Assembly: GCA_945885475.1 (NCBI GenBank)
Contig: CAMCYR010000002.1
Coordinates: 37,633-101,632 of the forward strand
Direction of reading: 5' to 3'
Origin: Chitinophaga pinensis
GTDB taxonomy: Bacteria; Bacteroidota; Bacteroidia; 2-12-FULL-35-15
Length of the DNA stretch: 64,000 bases
Part shown: piece by piece, positions 57,275 to 64,000 of the stretch
Numbering within the stretch: position 1 is the first letter of the stretch
Layout of the letters: each line of letters opens with the position of its first letter
Notes under the pieces: generated by a model
The model's input: only the letters and a program-made list of their open reading frames with translations
Database searches by the model: none
What the model was told of the DNA's origin: nothing
Program-made: the position numbers and the translations under genes

Positions 57275-57407
57275 TTGAGTATAGACAGGTACACTTGGCT
57301 TCTCGACTCCGCTCGATTGACTATATTTAAATGTCCGCTCGATTGATATCAGATAGTCAGTTCGAGCGGAGTCGAGAACCGTATTGTACTAAATAACAGA
57401 TTTAAAT
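57261..57407. repeat. Composite REP/MITE-like element B (147 bp). It is the same as A except that one 52-nt unit is missing.
   Basis: It is ~93% identical to element A over the shared parts and has the same end sequences (cttgacatggacattt...cagatttaaat). Confidence 0.65.
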
Positions 57408-58411
57408 TGTTTCAGGAATCGTACATCGTTCTCAAAAAATAACCGGAGATCTTTCACCTGGTATTTCAACATTGCAATACGTTCGATCCCCATTCCAAAT
57501 GCAAAACCGCTGTACTGTGTACTGTCGATCTGACAGTTTTCTAAAACAGCGGGGTCAACCATTCCGCAGCCCAAAATTTCTACCCAACCGGCACCTTTAC
57601 AAATGTTGCAGCCGTCTCCTTTGCAAAAGGGGCAAGAGATATCCATTTCAGCGCTGATCTCTGTAAAGGGAAAGTAAGAGGGGCGAAGACGTATTTTTGT
57701 TTCTTCGCCAAACATTTCTTTTGAGAAATATAAAAGCGTTTGTTTCAGATCAGCAAAGGATACTTTTTTATCGATGTACAGGCCTTCTACTTGATGAAAC
57801 TGACAATGTGCACGTGCGGAAATTGCTTCGTTACGATATACTCTGCCTGGAGAAATTGTGCGGATAGGAGGTGCTGTGCCTTCCATAATATGCACTTGAA
57901 CGGATGATGTTTGCGTGCGCAAAACGGTATCCGGATTTTCAGAAATATAAAAGGTGTCCTGCATATCCCGTGCAGGATGATCTGCTGGCGTATTTAATGC
58001 AGTGAAATTATGCCAGTCATCTTCAATTTCCGGTCCATCAGAAACGGTAAATCCGATGCGCGAAAAAATTTCAACAATCTGGTTGCGCACAAGCGATAAT
58101 GGATGACGAGAACCAACAGCAATATTTTCAGCAGGAAGTGTAAGGTCAATTTTTTTATCCTGTGATGTATCGGCCTGCTCGTACTTATCTTTCAGCTGGT
58201 TGATCTTCTCCTGTGCTTTGTTTTGTAGTTCGTTCAGCTTTATCCCGACTTCTTTTCTTAGTTCAGGAGCAACCGTTTTAAACTCTTCAAAAAGTTCTTT
58301 TACCTTTCCTTTTTTACTTAATAGCTTAATACGAAAATCTTCCACATGCTGCAGATTACTTGCTGTGAATGTTTCAATTTCGTTTAATAATTCTTCAATA
58401 CGATCTCTCAT
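57389..58411 (-). CDS. pheS: Phenylalanine--tRNA ligase alpha subunit
   Basis: ...FTEISAEMDISCPFCKGDGCNICKGAGWVEILGCGMVDP... shows the class II aaRS motifs. Confidence 0.95.
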   Translation of the reverse strand: MRDRIEELLNEIETFTASNLQHVEDFRIKLLSKKGKVKELFEEFKTVAPELRKEVGIKLNELQNKAQEKINQLKDKYEQADTSQDKKIDLTLPAENIAVGSRHPLSLVRNQIVEIFSRIGFTVSDGPEIEDDWHNFTALNTPADHPARDMQDTFYISENPDTVLRTQTSSVQVHIMEGTAPPIRTISPGRVYRNEAISARAHCQFHQVEGLYIDKKVSFADLKQTLLYFSKEMFGEETKIRLRPSYFPFTEISAEMDISCPFCKGDGCNICKGAGWVEILGCGMVDPAVLENCQIDSTQYSGFAFGMGIERIAMLKYQVKDLRLFFENDVRFLKQFKSVI

Positions 58412-58435
58412 CTGTTTTTAAAATAATATACGAAG

Positions 58436-59281
58436 TTAAGGAATAATTGAAACACTGATGATTCGAATATCTTCAATTGGACGTGCATTTTTATCTGTTT
58501 TTTGTGCGGCAATCTTATCCACAATATCTAATCCTTCATATACTTCACCAAAAACTGTGTATGTATTGTCCAGCATTGGCGTTCCTCCAATGCTTGTGTA
58601 TGCTTTTAGTTGTTCTGGAGTGAATTTATACTTCGCAACATTTGGCAATTCTTTTTCTACTTTGGCATCAAAAATATCGTTGATGTATTTCATACTATCT
58701 GCCTTTTCTTCTTTCGAATAGCGTTTATAATCCGCTAGATAATGCTGGTTTTCTGATAGTCCGACAAAGTAGTTGAACAGCGTTCTTTTTGTAATTTTGA
58801 GTGCTTGAATTTGCAGGAGGGAGTCGGTATATGTTTTCCCTTGAACAATATAAAACTGGGATCCGGATGACGCTTTTGTGGGGTTGTCAAGGTCGCTTTC
58901 TCGGGCAGCAGCCAATGCTCCTTTTTTATGAAAAATACCAGGAACTATTTCTGCCGGCACAGTGTAATTCGGGCCACCATCTCCAAGCACTTCTCCGGGT
59001 AGGGCATTTTTTGAATCGGGGTCGCCACCTTGAATCATAAATTTTTGGATCACGCGGTGCAGCAGCAGACTATCAAAATAGTGTGCTTTTATCAATTTCA
59101 CAAAGTTGTCGCGGTGAAGTGGTGTCTCGTTGTATAGTTTTATTTTAATATCCCCGTAATTGGTTTGGATGAGCACGTTGATGTTCTCCGAAACAGTGCT
59201 CTTGTTCGTTTTAAATGATACTACCAGCACAAAAACCGCTAAAATGAATGAAAATCGCAGCAAAAGTTTTTTGTTATTCAT
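58436..59281 (-). CDS. Cyclophilin-type peptidyl-prolyl cis-trans isomerase (secreted)
   Basis: An N-terminal hydrophobic segment is present. ...HRVIQKFMIQGGDP is the cyclophilin motif. Confidence 0.9.
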   Translation of the reverse strand: MNNKKLLLRFSFILAVFVLVVSFKTNKSTVSENINVLIQTNYGDIKIKLYNETPLHRDNFVKLIKAHYFDSLLLHRVIQKFMIQGGDPDSKNALPGEVLGDGGPNYTVPAEIVPGIFHKKGALAAARESDLDNPTKASSGSQFYIVQGKTYTDSLLQIQALKITKRTLFNYFVGLSENQHYLADYKRYSKEEKADSMKYINDIFDAKVEKELPNVAKYKFTPEQLKAYTSIGGTPMLDNTYTVFGEVYEGLDIVDKIAAQKTDKNARPIEDIRIISVSIIP

Positions 59282-59369
59282 TATAATTGTGTTAAATTTG
59301 TTAATCGTAAAGGTAATTAAGTCTTACATTCATCGTACCGAAAACAACGTATTTTAAAAAAATATATCC

Positions 59370-59729
59370 ATGAAATCATTTATTTTTAAAATTTCAGCAA
59401 TAACAGGTGTTTTGATGTTATTTACATTAATGTTTATAGCAGCATCATGTAATAAAGATCAAACGTGCCGTGGAACGGTTACGGTCCTTGATACTGTTGG
59501 TGCAGCGGTTGCAAGTGCAAATGTAAAACTATCCGCTCCTTCGGTTGGCGGAGATGTTGTATATGATGGAACGACAGATGGTTCCGGAACGGTTACTTTT
59601 GATGTTAAATTGCCTGCAATATTTGATGTGTACGCTACCAAAGCTAGTTTCCCGGGTTTAGCCGGTGTTGGAGTTATACGTTTGGATGAACCGGGCAAAG
59701 AGGCTGAAGTGAAAGTGATTATTCAATAA
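59370..59729 (+). CDS. Small lipoprotein with a carboxypeptidase-regulatory-like (Ig-like) domain
   Basis: The lipobox is FIAASC. ...GTVTVLDTVGAAVASANVKLS...DGTTDGSGTVTFD. Confidence 0.55.
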   Translation: MKSFIFKISAITGVLMLFTLMFIAASCNKDQTCRGTVTVLDTVGAAVASANVKLSAPSVGGDVVYDGTTDGSGTVTFDVKLPAIFDVYATKASFPGLAGVGVIRLDEPGKEAEVKVIIQ

Positions 59730-59732
59730 TCA

Positions 59733-60068
59733 TTACTGAATTTCTACCGTTTTAAAATATTCTACAATCGCTTGTTTAATAATTTCTTGTTGCTGTGCCG
59801 GTTTTAATGGTGGCAGTTTTTCCGTTGTTTTCCAGTGCGGCCATCCGTCTTTATCTAATCCCTCAAACTCATAATATCCGTATGGCGAAAGCAGTGTGCA
59901 GATTGCAATGTGCATAACATCCAGCTTTTCATTTTTAGAAAGTTTTACTTTCCCTTTCCCTAGTTCCTGCAGTCCGATTATAAAAAGAAGTCCTTGTATA
60001 TCGATGTCATCACCAAATTGTTTTGATATTTTCTTTAAGGCATTTTGATATTCAAATTCTGTTTCCAT
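59733..60068 (-). CDS. Hypothetical cytoplasmic protein (111 aa)
   Basis: Codon usage is good. No motif was recognised. Confidence 0.5.
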   Translation of the reverse strand: METEFEYQNALKKISKQFGDDIDIQGLLFIIGLQELGKGKVKLSKNEKLDVMHIAICTLLSPYGYYEFEGLDKDGWPHWKTTEKLPPLKPAQQQEIIKQAIVEYFKTVEIQ

Positions 60069-60271
60069 TTTACAAAGGTAATTAATAAGATTCAGTTTAC
60101 TGTAAATTGCAAACGCCTACCTATATTTTAACTAGTAGGCGTTTGTTTGTGTCTTTTGTATCCTGAATATGATGAAATCAAACTTTTGAAAGGCCTGTAT
60201 TGTTGGGGCGATAAGAACACGTTGTATCTTTAGAACATAAATCCGAGCGAATTAAGAAGGAATACTCAGCC

Positions 60272-60469
60272 TTGTTGAAGAAAGAAGAATATAGTCCTCA
60301 GAAGCAAATGGTAACAGCAATTGATAAGATGGTAAAATCGGATGGGATAAAAAAAGACAAGCAACTGTTAAAAGAGCTTAAGATGTTGCTTGAAGGAGAA
60401 TTGTCGAACAGCAGTTCGAATTCAGATATTATAAATTACAGTGATTGGCTGAAATTGAAAATTAATTAG
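60272..60469 (+). CDS. Hypothetical small protein (65 aa)
   Basis: It is a short ORF and its stop overlaps the convergent gene. Support is weak. Confidence 0.3.
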   Translation: MLKKEEYSPQKQMVTAIDKMVKSDGIKKDKQLLKELKMLLEGELSNSSSNSDIINYSDWLKLKIN

Positions 60470-60878
60470 CATTCATTTTAAAGTCGAGTATCACTTTGCT
60501 GCCATTATCTTCAAAAGAAACTTTATCAGCGAGATTGCGCATCAAAAATACACCACGACCGTTTGGGTTCTCTATATTTTCAGGATTTGTAGGATCTGGA
60601 AGTGTCTCATAATTAAATCCGCTTCCTTCATCTTTTACAATAAAAGAAACATGATCAGGGAAAGATTTAAAAAAGATATCGATGTTTTTCGTTGGATTCG
60701 CTTGGTTTCCGTGATAGATGGCATTGGTTACCGCTTCCGTTAATGCGACAAGAATATTACCATAATAGTCCTCACTGATATTAAATAGATCACACACATC
60801 TTCAATCATTCGCTCAACAAGAATAATATTTTCTGCTCTCGAAGTGATCCGTATTTTTTGATTTTCTGCAAGTACCAT
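60462..60878 (-). CDS. Anti-sigma regulatory factor-like Ser/Thr kinase (HATPase_c, RsbW/SpoIIAB-like)
   Basis: ...ALTEAVTNAIYHGN...VKDEGSGFN...NGRGVFLM are the N, G1 and G2 boxes. Confidence 0.8.
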   Translation of the reverse strand: MVLAENQKIRITSRAENIILVERMIEDVCDLFNISEDYYGNILVALTEAVTNAIYHGNQANPTKNIDIFFKSFPDHVSFIVKDEGSGFNYETLPDPTNPENIENPNGRGVFLMRNLADKVSFEDNGSKVILDFKMNAN

Positions 60879-60879
60879 A

Positions 60880-63800
60880 TTAGTTTCCGAAGTTGTTAAA
60901 GTATTGGTTTACTTTTGCTTTAAAGAAGGGCGTTAGTGACGGTGGAACCGTTTTGAGTAATTCCGTTTCTTTTTGTTTCAGCATGTTATACTCTAAAAAT
61001 TCATTAGGGTTACTAAAATTTTCATTTTTCGCTTCATTTGATTGTCTTTTCTCATCCATTTCTCTTTCCTTTTCCGCCTTTTCGCTCTCCAATAGTCGTG
61101 TTAAGATCTCTTCCTGACGCTTGATCGTTTCTTGGCTGATCATCTTATTTACAAGATCGGTCTCCGTTTCTTCCATTTTTTCGGCAATTTTGCTGATGCC
61201 TCCTGCACCCTTTCCATCCTTATTGATCTGATCCGACATCTTTTGTATTTCTTGCCGTAAAGCAGCTTGCTGAGCCGCTAATTTTGCCAATTCCTGACTC
61301 ATTCCTCCGGTTCCCATTCCGGGTTTATTCCCCGGCTTATTGCCACCTTTTTCCATTCCTTCTTTCAGCTTTTTTATTTGCTGATTGATCTGCTCCTGCA
61401 TTTGACGCATGTTTGCCATGGATGGTTTTTGTCCTTTCCCTCCTGGTTTTTTGCAGCTCCCACTTCCTGGTTTTCCTTTTTTAGCCGCATCCTGCATTTG
61501 GCTTAAGGCTTCATTAAGCATCAGCGCCAGATTATTAATGGAGGTCATAGCAAATTGCTGCCGGCTCATTGCTTCCTGTTTGTGGTTTTTTCCATCCACA
61601 GAAGGAGTTTGTGATTCGGTAATTTCTTCCAATGCCTTATCCATATTCATGTTGATAGCGCTGATCTCCTTATTAACGGCAGCAGCAATCTGAGGAACAC
61701 GTTTGCTGAGTGCTAATAAAGTATCTTCGATCATTTTTGAATCATCCTTCAGTTTTTTCTGTTTCTGATTGATTTTTACATACTGAGGATCATTCGGTTT
61801 TGTTTTGGAAAGTTGCCCCATCAAAGCCTCTTGGCCAAATGAAAGCTGGATCAAGTTTTCAAGTAAACCTCTTAGCTTATCTATATCTTCGCCTTCTTGC
61901 TGTTCTTCTTCTTTTTCCTGAGCCTTTTCCATTTGCTGGCTCATCTCTTCTATTTTTTTAGCGGCTTCCTTTTGTGATTTTGCAGCCTCTTTCTTTTTGT
62001 TTTCACTCAGGTTCTCGCTGCTTTTCTGCATTTCTTTTTGAACTTCCTCTTGCTTCTGTTCGCTGTTCTCTAATTTCTTAGGCTCTTCCAGCTCGCTGTT
62101 CTTTTTCTCGAGTTCTTTCAAATCCTTTTTAATATCCTCAAATTTCTTATTCAGCTCATCCTGCTTGATTTTCTGCTCCTTGGCATCCGATTTTTTTTCT
62201 TCCGACTGTTTCGCAAGTTCATCCTGCTTTTTTGCCAGATCATTTAATTTATTGATATTTTCCTGGATTTTTTGTTCAACTTCCAGCTGTTTAAAAATCT
62301 CCAGATTGCGGTCTAATTCTTTCAACAGATCTTTATTATCCAACTTCATTTTCTCTAAGGCTTCTTGTACCTTTTCCTTGTCGAGTTTCTCCAATAGTTT
62401 TTGCATCTCATCGTACTTCTCCTTTAATTCAGGAGTCATCACCTTGTTAAATAGTTCCTCTAGTTGTTTTTGCTTCTCAAGTATTTCCTCGTTTGGTTGT
62501 TTGTATTCATTCTTTTGTTCGTTATTTTGAAGATTTTCGTTTTTTACATTTTCAATCTTTTTTTGAAGTTCTTTTTGTTTTTCGAGCAGTTCCTTCAACT
62601 TCTTTTTCTCTTCCCAGGAAAGATCCTTTTTCTCAGCCACTTTGCGTTGCAAGTCAGCCAATTCTTTTTGAACTTCCTTTGCCTGACGAATACTTTCTTC
62701 CAGATCTTCCTTGATCTTGTTATTGTTCTTATCGGTGTTCTCTTCTAATTCTTTAAGTGTTGCTGCCTTGAAAATCATTTTTTGTGAACGGGAAGATTTG
62801 CTGCCTGTTACACCATCATTGTCCCAAACTTCAAAGTAATATTCAATTTGGTCGCCGGGGGAAACGCCAAGTTCGGTCATATCCCAGTAGTGAAAAAACT
62901 GATCTTGTGTAAGTGAATTGTTAATTGCGACCGGACTGCTATTGGTGGTCATTTTTTTATAACTATCTGTAACAGCAGTATCGTTGTTGCTGATGAAACG
63001 GTAGTTGAAAGAAAGTTTATTGAAGCCATAATCATCTTTTACTTCACCGCGGAAATAAATACGTTTGGTTGAAGTGGAGTCTTTTTTCTCGGCAACAGTT
63101 ATTTGAGGATATGCATCCGGTATAACATTTATAGAATAGGTGACGGAGTCTTTGCTTTTTAAAAATTGATTTGCTGTTGTAATAGAATAGCTTTTGTCGC
63201 GGAAAAGTCGCGTTGAATAACTGAAATTATTTTCGTTCGTGGGAGAAACGGCAAAAGAGGAGTCGTTAAAATTTAGGCGGACTTGTTTCGTATTTTGAGT
63301 ATTAAAATTCCAACTGATTTTTGTTCCGGCCGGAACAACCAGATCTCCTGTATTTTTTAAACGTTCATCTTTTTTGTTGAGGTATTTTGGGAATGAAAGG
63401 GCAATATCAAAATTCAGTAAAACAGGGTTTGGAAGGGCCACCAATTCGTATTCCCTGGATTTAAAGCCATCTGCAGCAAGTTGAAACCGCATGCTTTTTT
63501 GAACATTCTTAAAAACATAATTGAAATTTACGATGCTCTCTTTGTCGAGTTTAAATTCATTTCCGTCAATTTCCAGGTATACATTTTCCGGAACTTCATC
63601 GCCAGTGAGTTGAACCTTCAGTTCGTAATCTTCCTGAGTTACAGTTTTGAGATCCGAATTGGTGATCACAAATTGAAATGGTGCTTCCTTCTCAAAATAT
63701 TCACCGTGTTTTACCAGCCTGTTTGTTCCATCGGTGATGATACTCGGAGCGGCAAACAGGATAACCGTAATGATTAGTATGGGTAAAAGTGCATATTTCA

Positions 63801-63957
63801 GATATTTTCTGTTTTCAGAAAAATCAACAGCAGCGCTAAACGGAATTGGTTTTAGTTCTTTTGTTTTCTGATTGATACTGGCTTCAATTAGTTGATAGTT
63901 GTTAGTCGTTGGTTGTTGGTTTGTGTCCTGTAACGACTGTAATTGTAATACATTCAA
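60880..63957 (-). CDS. Large (1025 aa) single-TM membrane-anchored protein with a long K/E-rich coiled-coil region. It possibly belongs to a Bacteroidota DUF4175-like family.
   Basis: There is a transmembrane segment at aa ~62-84. The N-terminal ~400 aa are beta-rich. About 330 aa follow with a heptad-like E/K/Q/L periodicity. A G/K/P-rich low-complexity tail follows that. Its stop lies 1 nt before the start of the RsbW-like gene. Confidence 0.7.
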   Translation of the reverse strand: MNVLQLQSLQDTNQQPTTNNYQLIEASINQKTKELKPIPFSAAVDFSENRKYLKYALLPILIITVILFAAPSIITDGTNRLVKHGEYFEKEAPFQFVITNSDLKTVTQEDYELKVQLTGDEVPENVYLEIDGNEFKLDKESIVNFNYVFKNVQKSMRFQLAADGFKSREYELVALPNPVLLNFDIALSFPKYLNKKDERLKNTGDLVVPAGTKISWNFNTQNTKQVRLNFNDSSFAVSPTNENNFSYSTRLFRDKSYSITTANQFLKSKDSVTYSINVIPDAYPQITVAEKKDSTSTKRIYFRGEVKDDYGFNKLSFNYRFISNNDTAVTDSYKKMTTNSSPVAINNSLTQDQFFHYWDMTELGVSPGDQIEYYFEVWDNDGVTGSKSSRSQKMIFKAATLKELEENTDKNNNKIKEDLEESIRQAKEVQKELADLQRKVAEKKDLSWEEKKKLKELLEKQKELQKKIENVKNENLQNNEQKNEYKQPNEEILEKQKQLEELFNKVMTPELKEKYDEMQKLLEKLDKEKVQEALEKMKLDNKDLLKELDRNLEIFKQLEVEQKIQENINKLNDLAKKQDELAKQSEEKKSDAKEQKIKQDELNKKFEDIKKDLKELEKKNSELEEPKKLENSEQKQEEVQKEMQKSSENLSENKKKEAAKSQKEAAKKIEEMSQQMEKAQEKEEEQQEGEDIDKLRGLLENLIQLSFGQEALMGQLSKTKPNDPQYVKINQKQKKLKDDSKMIEDTLLALSKRVPQIAAAVNKEISAINMNMDKALEEITESQTPSVDGKNHKQEAMSRQQFAMTSINNLALMLNEALSQMQDAAKKGKPGSGSCKKPGGKGQKPSMANMRQMQEQINQQIKKLKEGMEKGGNKPGNKPGMGTGGMSQELAKLAAQQAALRQEIQKMSDQINKDGKGAGGISKIAEKMEETETDLVNKMISQETIKRQEEILTRLLESEKAEKEREMDEKRQSNEAKNENFSNPNEFLEYNMLKQKETELLKTVPPSLTPFFKAKVNQYFNNFGN

Positions 63958-64000
63958 AAGTTTGTCCTGTACATTTGAGAAGTGTCTTCCGATAATTTCA

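Noticed and set aside
62165-62748. S/F-rich plus-strand ORFs of 94-121 aa
   Set aside because: They are antisense to the K/E-rich coiled-coil region of the 1025-aa gene (GAA/AAG read as TTC/CTT).

Overview
This 64-kb window looks like chromosome from a Bacteroidota bacterium (inference). The case rests on ~38-40% GC, secreted proteins with T9SS/'gliding-motility' C-terminal sorting domains, separate nuoC and nuoD genes, a short ~330-aa NuoG, a histone-H1-like protein and 23S-rRNA-IVS-type four-helix-bundle genes.

Core content in order:
- A ppk1-ppx polyphosphate operon, a SixA-like phosphatase and a secreted non-specific nuclease.
- T9SS cargo proteins, including a 2018-aa BNR-propeller/PKD/Ig-repeat adhesin with long internal tandem DNA repeats.
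- A complete 14-gene NADH:quinone oxidoreductase operon, nuoA to nuoN, at 16.1-30.7 kb. It is interrupted twice by small four-helix-bundle genes, each sitting in a short cassette bounded by terminal inverted or direct repeats.
- A DAACS-family symporter and tandem DedA paralogs.
- The Bacteroidota-typical exbB-exbD-exbD-tonB-PstS-like-TPR cluster, then kup and a GNAT gene.
- After the tRNA island: a PfkB kinase, a Tat-signal Fe/Mn-SOD, a biotin-carrier-domain protein, an M1 aminopeptidase, pheS, a cyclophilin, and an RsbW-like kinase co-transcribed with a 1025-aa membrane-anchored coiled-coil protein.

Accessory and unusual content:
- An intact tRNA-Asn(GTT) at 51319-51392 (minus strand) is preceded by two direct-repeat copies of its own 3' half, at 50934-50972 and 43605-43652. 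The two copies carry an identical terminator hairpin. They bracket a 7.3-kb all-minus-strand island and a 0.3-kb GIY-YIG islet.
- The island encodes a RadC-like JAB protein, two unknown small ORFs, a lipoprotein, a tandem-duplicated family of putative outer-membrane proteins and a LamG/SprB-repeat T9SS adhesin. No integrase lies inside the window.
- A dispersed REP/MITE-like family, unit GTCAnTTCGAGCGGAGTCGAGAA, occurs at five or more loci. Composite 205-bp and 147-bp copies tightly bracket a TPR minigene.
- GGGG-hairpin repeats sit in three nuo intergenic gaps.

No rRNA, no CRISPR array and no transposase were seen.
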